Origin: Pseudomonadota bacterium
Lineage (GTDB): Bacteria; Pseudomonadota; Gammaproteobacteria; Steroidobacterales; Steroidobacteraceae
Assembly: GCA_040255575.1 (NCBI GenBank)
Contig: JBDZVF010000001.1
Coordinates: 1 to 43,940, forward strand
DNA length: 43,940 bases
Direction of reading: 5' to 3'
Below, in pieces: positions 35,495-43,940 of this stretch; within the stretch, counting starts at the first letter, position 1, and the number at the start of each line of letters is the position of its first letter. The position numbers and the translations under genes are program-made. Under the pieces are notes generated by a model that saw only the letters and a list, made by a program, of their open reading frames with translations, was not told where the DNA came from and searched no databases.

Positions 35495-38335
35495 ATGATG
35501 TCTATTCGTACGGCCGTCCGCACGGCCCTTGCCTCCGTCCTTGCCGCTGCCGCCACGCAGGTGCTGGCACAAGAAGCCGCGCAGCCCGCGCCCGAAGTCC
35601 AGGAAGTCACCGTCACGGGTTCCCGCATTCAGCAGGTGTCGGGCATGAACACCCCGACGCCGGTCACCGCGATCGGTATCAACGACCTGAAGGTCATGGC
35701 GCCGACGACACTCGTCGATGCGCTCGCCCAGCTGCCGCAGTTCCTCAACAACGATACGCCGCAGAGCCAATCGTTCGGCTCGAGCGGCGCGGCCGGCGCA
35801 AGCTTCATCAACCTGCGAGGCATGGGGCCGAGCCGCACGCTCACGCTCCTCGACGGGCGCCGCGTCGTGCCCTCGACCCGCACCGGCTCGCTCGACATCG
35901 CGCTCATTCCCGACTCGCTCGTGCAGCGCGTCGACGTCGTCACCGGTGGCGCCTCCGCGGCCTATGGCTCGGATGCGGTCAGCGGCGTGGTCAACTTCGT
36001 TCTCGACACGAATTTCACCGGCCTGAAGGCCAATCTGCAGGGCGGTGTCTCCGAGCTCGGCGACAACGAGAACTATGAAGCGGAGATCAGCTGGGGCCGC
36101 GCGCTCGGGGATCGCGCACACATCATCGCGGCAGCGGAATACTTCCAGTCCGACGGAATCATCGGCTATCACGACCGCGACTGGTTCAACAGCTGCGCGC
36201 TCATCGCGATGCCGGCCGGCACTCCGGGGCCGCGCCAGGTGCACGCGTGCGATGTGCATTCGACCAAGTTCACCTATGGCGGCCTGATCACGAGCGGCCC
36301 GCTGAAGGGCCGGCAATTCCTCGAAGGCGGCGTGGTGGCGCCGTTCGAGCCGGGGACGATCGTCGGGCAGGACGCTCAGGCGGGCGGCAGCGGCGTCGAT
36401 CCGGGCGGTGATCTCGTGTGGATCCAGCCGGATCAGAAGCGAGGCACCGCGTTCGCGCACCTCACCTACGATTTCACCGACGACGTGCAGGCGTTCGGCC
36501 AGGTGCTGTACGGCTACACCCAGAACAAGTTCCAGAAGGATCCGACCAACCAGTCGACCGCGTGGGAAGCGACAATCTACGCGGATAACGCCTTCCTGCC
36601 CGCATCATTGCGCGCGGAAATGCAGGCGAACAACATCGACTCGTTCGGCTTCGGCCGACTCGCCTCGAACGCGGATCTCGGCGGCGGCCTGGTCGACAAC
36701 GAAAGCAAGATGTTCTCCGCCACCACCGGGCTCAAATGGAAACTCGGCAGCTGGAGCTACAACGCGTACTACCAGTACGGCGAGAACAACGCCGTGCTCA
36801 CGTACACCAACACGTCGCGACTGGATCTGCTCTATCGCGCGACCGACGCCGTGCTCGACGCCAACGGCAATGCGATCTGTCGCTCGACGCTCACGTTCCC
36901 GGATGACGGCTGCGTGCCCATCAATCTCTTCGGGCCGGGCTCCGCCTCGCCGGAAGCGATCGCGTACATCAACGGCGACCGCAGCGACCAGGACCAGACC
37001 ATCAAGCAGCACTTCGCCGAGTTCGTGGTGCAGGGCCGGCCGTTCTCCACCTGGGCGGGGGATGTCTCGGTCGCCTCGGGCGGCGCCTATCGCAAGGAAG
37101 TGCTGGACAACGTGATCCATCGCTATCCGTCCTCGCTCGATGGCCTCACTGTGCCGCCTGCGGACACCCAGGGCTACAAGGGCCTGCCCGCGTCCTACGC
37201 TGGCCAGGCGAACATCTTCGAGCGCACGGCGGCTCAGCCCCTGGCGGGCAGCTACAACGTGTGGGAAGTGTTCGGCGAAACGATCGTGCCGCTCGCGGTG
37301 GATACCTCCTTCGCAAAGCGGCTCGATGCCAACGCGGCCTTGCGCTACATGAACTACTCGGGTAGCGGCGGCATCTACGCGTGGAAGGGCGGCCTCGACT
37401 GGCAGGTGCTCGACGAGCTGCGTCTTCGTGCCACGCGTTCACGCGACGTGCGCGCCGGCACGCTCTCCGAGCGGTTCGACTACAGCGGCACTGGCGCGAA
37501 CATCTTCGACCCGTTCCTGGCGGGCCGTCCACGTTACGCGACCACGGCCATCCGCAGCGGCAACCCGAACGTCGACCCGGAGAAGGCGGACACGCTCACC
37601 TTCGGCTTCGTGTACCAGCCGGAGTGGCTCGAGGGATTCAACCTGTCCGTCGACTACTTCGACATCAAGATCGCCGACGCCATCTCCTCGCTCGGTGCGC
37701 AGAACATCCTCGATCAGTGCTTCGACGGCGCAACGAGTGTGTGCTCGCTCATCACGCGCAATCCGGACACCGGCCGCGTTTCGCAGATCAACAACACCTT
37801 CCTGAACGTCGCCGAGTCGCGCAGCAACGGCGTGGACATGGAAGCGAGCTATCGGCGAGCGGTCGAGTGGTTCGGTGGCGGCGAGAACATCGCCATCCGT
37901 GCGTTCACGACCTTCACGAACGAGCTGTCCAGCACGAACGCGGGCGCCTCCAAGGTGGACCGCGTGGGCCAGACGGGCCTCGGCGGTGGAGCGCCCAAGT
38001 GGCAAGCGAGCGTCGCGTTGAGCTATGCGCGCGGGCCTCTGTCGGTCATCGCGCAAGAGCGCTTCATCAGCCACGGCGTGTATGACGCGACGTATACGGC
38101 GGCGGATATCGATGACAACCGGATCAGCTCCGCCGCGTACACGAACCTGCGCCTGTCCTACGACATCAGCCCGGCTGATACGGACATGACCGTGTACGCG
38201 AACGTGACGAACCTGTTCGACAAGGCACCGCCGCTCGTCGGGAGCTGGAGCTTCATCGGCTCGGGCGCAACCAACGAGTCCCTGTTCGACGTGCTCGGCC
38301 GCCGCTACAGCGTCGGCGTGCGGATGTCGTTCTAA
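35495..38335 (+). CDS. TonB-dependent outer-membrane receptor (large, ~946 aa)
   Basis: ATG-ATG at 35495; the track start at 35477 is a TTG. Signal peptide ...ATQVLAQEA. TonB-box/plug region EVTVTGSRIQ...NDLKVMAPTTLVDALAQLPQF. The C-terminal barrel ends ...RYSVGVRMSF with a terminal Phe. Confidence 0.9.
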   Translation: MMSIRTAVRTALASVLAAAATQVLAQEAAQPAPEVQEVTVTGSRIQQVSGMNTPTPVTAIGINDLKVMAPTTLVDALAQLPQFLNNDTPQSQSFGSSGAAGASFINLRGMGPSRTLTLLDGRRVVPSTRTGSLDIALIPDSLVQRVDVVTGGASAAYGSDAVSGVVNFVLDTNFTGLKANLQGGVSELGDNENYEAEISWGRALGDRAHIIAAAEYFQSDGIIGYHDRDWFNSCALIAMPAGTPGPRQVHACDVHSTKFTYGGLITSGPLKGRQFLEGGVVAPFEPGTIVGQDAQAGGSGVDPGGDLVWIQPDQKRGTAFAHLTYDFTDDVQAFGQVLYGYTQNKFQKDPTNQSTAWEATIYADNAFLPASLRAEMQANNIDSFGFGRLASNADLGGGLVDNESKMFSATTGLKWKLGSWSYNAYYQYGENNAVLTYTNTSRLDLLYRATDAVLDANGNAICRSTLTFPDDGCVPINLFGPGSASPEAIAYINGDRSDQDQTIKQHFAEFVVQGRPFSTWAGDVSVASGGAYRKEVLDNVIHRYPSSLDGLTVPPADTQGYKGLPASYAGQANIFERTAAQPLAGSYNVWEVFGETIVPLAVDTSFAKRLDANAALRYMNYSGSGGIYAWKGGLDWQVLDELRLRATRSRDVRAGTLSERFDYSGTGANIFDPFLAGRPRYATTAIRSGNPNVDPEKADTLTFGFVYQPEWLEGFNLSVDYFDIKIADAISSLGAQNILDQCFDGATSVCSLITRNPDTGRVSQINNTFLNVAESRSNGVDMEASYRRAVEWFGGGENIAIRAFTTFTNELSSTNAGASKVDRVGQTGLGGGAPKWQASVALSYARGPLSVIAQERFISHGVYDATYTAADIDDNRISSAAYTNLRLSYDISPADTDMTVYANVTNLFDKAPPLVGSWSFIGSGATNESLFDVLGRRYSVGVRMSF

Positions 38336-38349
38336 AGCTCGGTCGGGCT

Positions 38350-38385
38350 CACGGGCCCACTTCTGGTTACCAGAGTGGGCCCGTG
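38350..38385. terminator. Strong bidirectional hairpin between the convergent TonB receptor and cytochrome c genes
   Basis: CACGGGCCCAC (38350-60) pairs with GTGGGCCCGTG (38375-85), and TCTGG (62-66) pairs with CCAGA (70-74). That gives 16 bp, a 1-nt bulge and a 3-nt loop. The right arm lies within the last 5 sense codons of the cytochrome gene and the stop codon falls in the loop. There is no U-tract. Confidence 0.6.
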
Positions 38386-39665
38386 CGCTGCCGGAACACC
38401 ACATCGCTTCTCACGAACGATGCGCGGTTGCCCCACGACGCTCGAATGAAGCTCACCACTTCGGCGACCTGCCGATCCGACAGGTCCTGCGCGAAGGGCG
38501 GCATGCCGAAAGGGTGAGGATTGCCCGCGGTCCCGGGCGGATATCCCCCATACAGGACCACTCTGATCACATTCACGGCGGAGTCCATCGTCACGGCGCG
38601 GTTGCCCGCCAGCGCGATGGCGGCCGGAGGCCGGCCTTCGCCCGCATCGCCATGGCACGTGGCGCATCGATCTTTGTACAGCGCTTCGCCGCGAGCGAGA
38701 AATGCCGCCGCCGCTTCGCTCAGCTCCCGCGGCCGCGCAGGCGCGCCTGCTGCCGAGGCTGCCGCCGATCCCGGCTCCGGCAACGCCTTGAGGTAAGTGG
38801 CCATGGCCTCGATGTCTGCGCGCGGTGCGTATTGCAGACTTTCAAACACAACTTCAGCCATCGGGCCGAGAGTGGCCGCGGATGTCGTGCGCCCGCTGTG
38901 GAGCAGATCGGTGATGTCGTCCGTCTCCCAGTGCTGCATTCCCGCTTCGGCTGATTTGTTGAGCGAAGGTGCATACCACCCCAGCACATTTCCGCCGCGC
39001 GCGTCACCCGGCGATCGAGGCGCCCCGAGCCCATTGCGGGGGACGTGGCAAAGATCGCAATGGGCCACGCTCCGCGAGAGATAGGCGCCACGATTCCACA
39101 TCTCGCTCTGTGTCGAGTCGGGCTGGAACACGCCAGGGCGGAAATAGATCGCGCGCCATACATGCAGCAACGACCGGTAGCGGTATGGAAACCTCAGCGA
39201 GTGAGGCGGCGATCGGCGCGACACGGGCTTCACGGTCTTCAGGTATTCCCAGAGCGCGTGCGCGTCATCCTGGGTGATCTGCGTGAAGTTCGGGTAAGGA
39301 AACGCGGGATACAGCGGCGAGCCGTCGCGCGAATATCCGAGGTGAATCGCGCGCCAGAAGTCCCGCTCGCTCCAGCCGCCGATGCCGGTCTCGGCGTCGG
39401 GCGTGATGTTTGGAGCGTAGAACGTGCCGAATGCGGTAGGGATCGCGCGCCCGCCTGCGAACGGTTCGCCGCCGCGTACGGTGTGGCAGGCATGGCAGTT
39501 CGCCAGGCGCGAGAGAACTCTGCCTCGCTCCAGAACCTGCGGGGACACCGCTGCACTGCTGGCCGGCGACTCCCTGAACCCGTCATCCGGTGAACGGGTG
39601 AGCCAGAGCACCGCGGCGATGACGACGAGCGCGGCAATGATGATCAGGTATCCGCGCCGGCTCAT
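38367..39665 (-). CDS. Membrane-anchored trihaem cytochrome c, paralogue of 11703..12980
   Basis: ATG at 39665 (ATGA overlap with the upstream gene). Three CxxCH motifs (CHACH, CDLCH, CATCH). Long blocks are shared with the other trihaem protein (FAGGRA...FYAPNITPD..TGIG.WS...LYPAFPY). Confidence 0.85.
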   Translation of the reverse strand: MSRRGYLIIIAALVVIAAVLWLTRSPDDGFRESPASSAAVSPQVLERGRVLSRLANCHACHTVRGGEPFAGGRAIPTAFGTFYAPNITPDAETGIGGWSERDFWRAIHLGYSRDGSPLYPAFPYPNFTQITQDDAHALWEYLKTVKPVSRRSPPHSLRFPYRYRSLLHVWRAIYFRPGVFQPDSTQSEMWNRGAYLSRSVAHCDLCHVPRNGLGAPRSPGDARGGNVLGWYAPSLNKSAEAGMQHWETDDITDLLHSGRTTSAATLGPMAEVVFESLQYAPRADIEAMATYLKALPEPGSAAASAAGAPARPRELSEAAAAFLARGEALYKDRCATCHGDAGEGRPPAAIALAGNRAVTMDSAVNVIRVVLYGGYPPGTAGNPHPFGMPPFAQDLSDRQVAEVVSFIRASWGNRASFVRSDVVFRQRTGPLW

Positions 39666-40363
39666 TCGCGAGTCGCCTCGATGCTGCCGCACCGGATGGG
39701 CGGCGGGTTCTTGAATCCTTCTTGCGGTTTCGCGTCCGCAGGCACGGTTTGCGCGGCGAGCCAGGCGGTGACCGCGTGGATGTCCTGCGAGCTCAGGTCA
39801 CGCACGATGCTCGCCATGCAGTCGGGCTGCAGCGCGTGGCGCGTGCCGTGCTGCCAGGCGCCGAGCTGGGCGATCAGGTAATCCGGCGAGAGACCGAGCA
39901 GGGCGGGGGTTGCGGGGAGCACGCCCATCAGTTGCTCACCGTGGCAGGACTGGCAGGGTGGGATGGAGCGCTGCGGATCCCCTTTGAGCACCAGATCCTC
40001 GCCGCGTTGCAGAGCACTCTGGCTCGTCTGAAGTCGCACGGGGCTCGGGTAAGGCAGCGAGATTCCCGCGAAATAGTCCGCGAGAGCGCGCAGGTAATCG
40101 TCGCGCTGGCGTTCGACGAGGAACACCATTTCCGGGAAGAAGCGCCTGCCGTCGCGGAAGCCGGTCAGCTGGTTGAAGAGATACCCGGCCGGCTTGCCGG
40201 CGATTCGGGGGAAGTAGCCTTCGGGCGTGGCCCGGCCCTGTTCACCGTGGCACACCGTGCACGGCTTCGCGCGTTGCTCGATGGAGTCGAGCGGCGGCTC
40301 CTGCGCAAGGGCGAAGCTCGAAAGGGAAAGGCACAGCAGAAGCCCTGGCGCGCGAATATGCAT
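39662..40363 (-). CDS. Dihaem c-type cytochrome (cytochrome c4-like), secreted
   Basis: Signal peptide MHIRAPGLLLCLSLSSFALAQE and two CxxCH motifs (CTVCH, CQSCH). Confidence 0.85.
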   Translation of the reverse strand: MHIRAPGLLLCLSLSSFALAQEPPLDSIEQRAKPCTVCHGEQGRATPEGYFPRIAGKPAGYLFNQLTGFRDGRRFFPEMVFLVERQRDDYLRALADYFAGISLPYPSPVRLQTSQSALQRGEDLVLKGDPQRSIPPCQSCHGEQLMGVLPATPALLGLSPDYLIAQLGAWQHGTRHALQPDCMASIVRDLSSQDIHAVTAWLAAQTVPADAKPQEGFKNPPPIRCGSIEATRE

Positions 40364-40454
40364 ACGCTGTGAATGATAAGAGGTCGCAGTGAGGTTGTAT
40401 TGAAGGTTACGCGCGGCCGCGCATCGAATGTTGCGGGCCAGGTTGAATCGGCGC

Positions 40455-40486
40455 GGCGGGTGCCGGTGTCGAAACCGGCACCCGCC
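40455..40486 (-). terminator. Perfect 12-bp GC hairpin 17 nt downstream of the aldehyde dehydrogenase stop
   Basis: GGCGGGTGCCGG (40455-66) pairs with CCGGCACCCGCC (40475-86) across an 8-nt loop. It lies between the ALDH stop (40503) and the dihaem cytochrome start (40363). There is no U-tract on the minus strand. Confidence 0.6.
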
Positions 40487-40502
40487 ACTTTCGTTGCGGA
40501 CT

Positions 40503-41984
40503 TCAGTGCGCCATCGAAGCGAGCGCAGCAGCGTCGAGGTGGGCGATCGAGCGCGTGTCCTGGAAGGCGCGGATGCCTTCGATTCCCTGCTCGCGACCGA
40601 TGCCCGAGGCCTTCATGCCACCGAACGGAGCGCGCAGGTCGAGGCGGGTGGCGCCGTGATCGTTGACCCACACGTAGCCGCACACCATCTGGCTGCCGAC
40701 GCGGTTGGCCGTCTTCGGGTCCGCCGTCCACACCGAGCCTGCAAGGCCGGCCCACGTGTCATTGGCCATGCGCACGGCGTCTTCTTCGGTCTCGAACGGG
40801 ATCACCGGAATGACCGGGCCGAACTGCTCCTCCGTCACCACGCGCAACGTGAGCTTCGGATCGACGACGATGGCGGGACGCACGAAGTTGCCGCCTTTCA
40901 TGTCCCCGCCCGGCAGCTCGCCGAACTCCAGCACCCTGGCGCCGGACTCCCTGGCTTCCTTGATGAGGCTGTCGACGAACGCCTTCTGGGCCGGGGAATG
41001 CAGCGGGCCCATGGTGGTGCCCTTGTCGAGGCCGTAGCCGAGCTTCACCTTTTCCAGGCGGGCAGACAGGCCCTTCACGACTTCATCCACACGCGACTTG
41101 TGCACGAACAGCCGCTTGGCGTTCATGCAGATCTGGCCGGTGCTGTCGTAGATGGCCGCGAACAGGCGGTCGAGGTGCACGTCGTCGAGAATCGCATCCT
41201 TCAGGATGATGGCGGCGTCGTTGCCACCGAGCTCGAGCGTCACGCGCGTGAGGCTTGCGGAGGCGAGCTCCATCATCTTCTTGCCGCCGTTGACCGAGCC
41301 CGTGAAGCAGACCTTTGCGACATCCGGGTTGCGGATGAGCGCGGTCATGTTCGCATCCGGCCCCGTCATGACGTTCAGCACGCCCGGCGGCAGCTGCTCG
41401 GCAATGCGCTGCACGATGCGAGCCGTGGCGAGCGGCGCGGTGAGCGGCGGCTTCACGATCACGGTGTTGCCCGCGAGCAGGGCATGCGGGAGCGCCGCGC
41501 CGAGGATGGCCACCGGCCAGTTGAACGGCACGATGATGGTGACCACGCCGAGCGGCTGGTAGCTCACCGTCGTCTCCACGGGAATGGCGCCCGGAATGGG
41601 CTTCAGCACCTTGGCCGAGTTCACCTCGTCCGTGTGCGCCAGCGCGAGCTTCCAGCGCAGCTCCAGAACGAGCGAGTCGACCCACGCCTCCATGCGGACC
41701 TTGCCGTTCTCCTGCGAGAGGATGGCCGCATCGTCATCGCGGTTCTCGGCGATGCCGTTGAGCGCGGCGAGCATCTTCTCGGAGCGCTGCTGCGGGGTGA
41801 GGGCGGACCAGGCGGGGTAAGCAGCCTTCGCGGCGGCGACTGCGTCGCTCACATCCTGCGTGGTGGCCGAGGCGGCGTAGCCGACGACCACACCGGGCTT
41901 GGCGGGATCGGCGATCGCCATCTTGTCGGCGGTCTTGCGCTCTTTGCCGCCAATGTACAAATGCGTGGAAACGGAAACTGACAC
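40503..41984 (-). CDS. NAD(P)+-dependent aldehyde dehydrogenase family protein
   Basis: GTG at 41984 with GAGAGG about 9 nt upstream. ALDH hallmarks are present: VTLELGGNDAAII (catalytic Glu region), GQICMNAKRLFV (catalytic Cys) and FGGMKASGIGRE. Confidence 0.9.
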   Translation of the reverse strand: MSVSVSTHLYIGGKERKTADKMAIADPAKPGVVVGYAASATTQDVSDAVAAAKAAYPAWSALTPQQRSEKMLAALNGIAENRDDDAAILSQENGKVRMEAWVDSLVLELRWKLALAHTDEVNSAKVLKPIPGAIPVETTVSYQPLGVVTIIVPFNWPVAILGAALPHALLAGNTVIVKPPLTAPLATARIVQRIAEQLPPGVLNVMTGPDANMTALIRNPDVAKVCFTGSVNGGKKMMELASASLTRVTLELGGNDAAIILKDAILDDVHLDRLFAAIYDSTGQICMNAKRLFVHKSRVDEVVKGLSARLEKVKLGYGLDKGTTMGPLHSPAQKAFVDSLIKEARESGARVLEFGELPGGDMKGGNFVRPAIVVDPKLTLRVVTEEQFGPVIPVIPFETEEDAVRMANDTWAGLAGSVWTADPKTANRVGSQMVCGYVWVNDHGATRLDLRAPFGGMKASGIGREQGIEGIRAFQDTRSIAHLDAAALASMAH

Positions 41985-42142
41985 TGCTGGCTACCTCTCA
42001 TGTCTTGCCGCATCGGCCCGAGCCCCCGCGGCACCTGAAAACTCGGGCGGCTATTGTAGTCGCGTTCGCACAGGAGATTGGCGCAGCGCGCGAGTCGCCG
42101 CCATTCTCGGCGCTTCCCTCGAAAGGATCATCGAAAAATCAT

Positions 42143-42805
42143 TCAAGTTCTTGTTTTATCGATATCTACTGAGTCCTCTCCCGGGTAGTCGGCGACCGGA
42201 ATGGGACCGCCCGCCGCCCTGATTCTGTCCTGATCGCGCTCCGGCAGCGCATCCGCGATGAGATCGATGCGCTTCCAGGCGGGGAACGGCTGGTTGCCGG
42301 ACTCGTCCGGCACATGAGGCGAGAGCCGTTCCGCAGAGAGCTTGTGAATGTATCGCCCGCAGTTCACGAAGATCTGGCTCGCGGTGATGTGTACGAGGTG
42401 TATCGCGCCGGGTGCGCGGTGCGGCCCCTCGTTGGCCATCACGCGCGCTTCGCCCTGCACGCGCAGCCGGCGCGGCTTCTCGAAACTCATGAAGAGGAGC
42501 CCCACCTGGGCCGTGCTCTCGATGTTGCCCAACGACAGGAACATGCCGTTGCCGTCGTACGCCGGGAAGACGAGCTCGCCGGGCGCGCTCACGCGCACGA
42601 AGCCCGGCGCGCCACCCTTGTAGGAGACGGTGGGCCTGCCGCGCTCGTCCACGGTGCTGAGGAAGAAGAATGGCGCGGCTTCGATGAGCTCGCGATCGCC
42701 TGCATCGAACTCGGTGCGCGCCAGGCTTTCGAGCCGGTCTGCCAGGCGGCGTGTGTCGTGTCGGTCCTGGAAAGCGCGATGCGTCTGCCCATAGAGCTCA
42801 CTCAT
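42143..42805 (-). CDS. Pyridoxamine 5'-phosphate oxidase-family (FMN-binding split barrel) protein
   Basis: The ATG at 42805 has GGAG 6 nt upstream. APFFFLSTVDERGRPTVSYKGGAPGFVRV is typical of the family. The last ~10 codons are unusually AT-rich. Confidence 0.8.
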   Translation of the reverse strand: MSELYGQTHRAFQDRHDTRRLADRLESLARTEFDAGDRELIEAAPFFFLSTVDERGRPTVSYKGGAPGFVRVSAPGELVFPAYDGNGMFLSLGNIESTAQVGLLFMSFEKPRRLRVQGEARVMANEGPHRAPGAIHLVHITASQIFVNCGRYIHKLSAERLSPHVPDESGNQPFPAWKRIDLIADALPERDQDRIRAAGGPIPVADYPGEDSVDIDKTRT

Positions 42806-42944
42806 GGTCATCTCCGGCGCGCGGGTCTGGCGGAGAGTGTACTCCCGGACCTGAGCGTTATCGCAGCGCGACCTTGGCCTCTCACAGGGGTCACCCCGGG
42901 ATCTGCTCAAGCGCCGACGGCCAAAACTCTGTACAAATCGGGCC

Positions 42945-43940
42945 GTGGAATGGGACACAGAGCATCTCGGTGAAAAGCAGGCTTGGCTCGAGGCCACCCT
43001 GCGCAGTATCCAGGACGCCGTCATCGCGACGGATGGGCAGGGCCGAATCCGCTTCCTCAATCGGGAGGCCGCGCGCCTCACCGGCTGGAGTGAGAGCGAT
43101 GCCCGCGGCCGGCTGCACTCGGAGGTGCTCAGGATCGTCGGCGCGCAGGATGAGTTCCTGATCAACCGCGACGGTTACCAGATCCCGATCGAGCACCATT
43201 CCGCACCCATCGTGCATGACACGCGCGGCAGGCTCGGCGTCGTTCTCACATTCAAGGAGGCCACGCCCGCGAGCGCCGCCGAGGAGCGGCTGCGGCTGGC
43301 GGTGGCAGGCGCCGAGATGGGCATGTGGGATCTGGATCTCGCGACCGATCGGGCGATCTGGAATCCCACGATGTACGCGATCCTCGGCATCGATTTCACC
43401 ACGCCACTGACGCGGGAGGTGCGGCGGGCGCACGTGCATCCGGACGATGCGCAGCTGGTGCTCGATACGATGGCCGCTTCGCGCGCCGAGCGCCGCTCCT
43501 TCGGCGTGGAGTATCGGGCGATTCGTCATAGCGACCAGTCGGTGCGCTGGCTCTTCGTGCGCGGCAAGTACATCTACGACGAGAACGGGGAAGTCATCCG
43601 CGTCATCGGCGTCGTGGTCGACATCACCGAGCGGCGCAATCTCGAAGCGCGCGTACGCCAGGCGCAGCGGCTCGATGCGTTGGGAACACTCGCGGGCGGC
43701 ATCGCGCACGACTTCAACAACATCCTCGCCGTGCTTCGGGGCAGCCTCGACGCGTTGAAAGAGGAAGTGCCGCCCGAGGGCGGCGGTGCCGCGCTGCTCG
43801 CTCACATGACACAGGCGTGCTCGCGCGCAACCGATCTCGTGCGGCAGATTCTCGCGTTCGCCCGACAACAGGAGCAGGACCGCCGCGTCGTGCACCTGAA
43901 ACCCGTGCTGCAGGATGCCCTGCAACTCCTGCGCAGCACG
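42945..43940 (+). CDS. PAS-PAS sensor histidine kinase, 3' end truncated by the window edge
   Basis: Not in the ORF track because it has no stop in the window. The frame is open from 42855 to the end, and the first canonical start is the GTG at 42945. Translation gives two PAS-like modules (LRSIQDAVIATDGQGRIRFLN..., MGMWDLDL...VRWLFVRGKYIYDENGEVIRVIGVVVDITERR) and the H-box LGTLAGGIAHDFNNIL. ORF 42891..43925 (-) is its antisense shadow. Confidence 0.8.
   Translation, partial: MEWDTEHLGEKQAWLEATLRSIQDAVIATDGQGRIRFLNREAARLTGWSESDARGRLHSEVLRIVGAQDEFLINRDGYQIPIEHHSAPIVHDTRGRLGVVLTFKEATPASAAEERLRLAVAGAEMGMWDLDLATDRAIWNPTMYAILGIDFTTPLTREVRRAHVHPDDAQLVLDTMAASRAERRSFGVEYRAIRHSDQSVRWLFVRGKYIYDENGEVIRVIGVVVDITERRNLEARVRQAQRLDALGTLAGGIAHDFNNILAVLRGSLDALKEEVPPEGGGAALLAHMTQACSRATDLVRQILAFARQQEQDRRVVHLKPVLQDALQLLRST

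Noticed and set aside
40411-40422. A perfect 12-nt palindrome, GCGCGGCCGCGC, upstream of the dihaem cytochrome gene.
   Set aside because: Short GC palindromes are expected by chance at this base composition, and no partner half-sites or recognisable operator context are present.
42891-43925. A 344-aa minus-strand ORF at the 3' end of the window.
   Set aside because: The plus strand translates over the same span into PAS modules and a histidine-kinase H-box (GGIAHDFNNIL), so the listed ORF is the antisense shadow. The real gene is missing from the track only because it has no stop codon in the window.

Overview
This is a 43.9-kb segment with roughly two-thirds G+C by eye. It looks like chromosome from a Gram-negative, most likely proteobacterial, genome; a finer taxonomic call is not possible from this window. 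It is densely coding: I support about 46 CDS, many joined by ATGA/GTGA start-stop overlaps. I saw no rRNA, tRNA, IS element, integrase, phage module, CRISPR array or recognisable defence system. The ORF track shows GTG/TTG starts as M, and many long Arg/Ala-rich ORFs are shadow frames of real genes. It also omits the ORF that runs off the 3' edge.

Gene content:
- Respiration: a partial aa3-type cluster (ctaD, subunit-III-like, caa3-type CtaG); a complete cyoABCD ubiquinol oxidase without cyoE; an IorAB-type 2Fe-2S/molybdopterin dehydrogenase with a trihaem cytochrome c subunit; a second trihaem plus dihaem cytochrome c pair; and an NAD-type aldehyde dehydrogenase.
- Sugar activation: a nucleotidyltransferase, a CgeB-like glycosyltransferase and a divergent PMM/PGM.
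- Signalling: a KaiC homologue coupled to a REC-like/HisKA/HATPase/REC hybrid kinase with no kaiA or kaiB, and a partial PAS-PAS kinase at the 3' edge.
- Stationary-phase/general-stress genes, unusually many: YqjE-like protein, DUF3618-hemerythrin, CBS pair, Pcm, short HPF/RaiA, YflT-like protein, YihY/BrkB, two ferritin-like di-iron proteins, an Iron_permease-family protein, SRPBCC protein plus Zn-ADH, and a PNPOx-family protein.
- Transport and other: a 946-aa TonB-dependent receptor, an MsbA-like ABC exporter, an APC permease and a rhomboid protease.

The most interesting signal is regulatory. An ECF (EcfG-like) promoter motif, GGAAC-N16-CGTT, occurs perfectly in front of two stress genes. 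Near-perfect copies sit in front of several others. These include a back-to-back symmetric pair between the APC permease and yihY, and one that would drive a five-gene operon joining stress proteins to the Mo-dehydrogenase.

Other items are the KaiC-kinase pair, a degenerate 21-24 nt tandem repeat (34833-34975), strong GC hairpins at convergent gene ends, and a small orphan-like patch (34088-35224).
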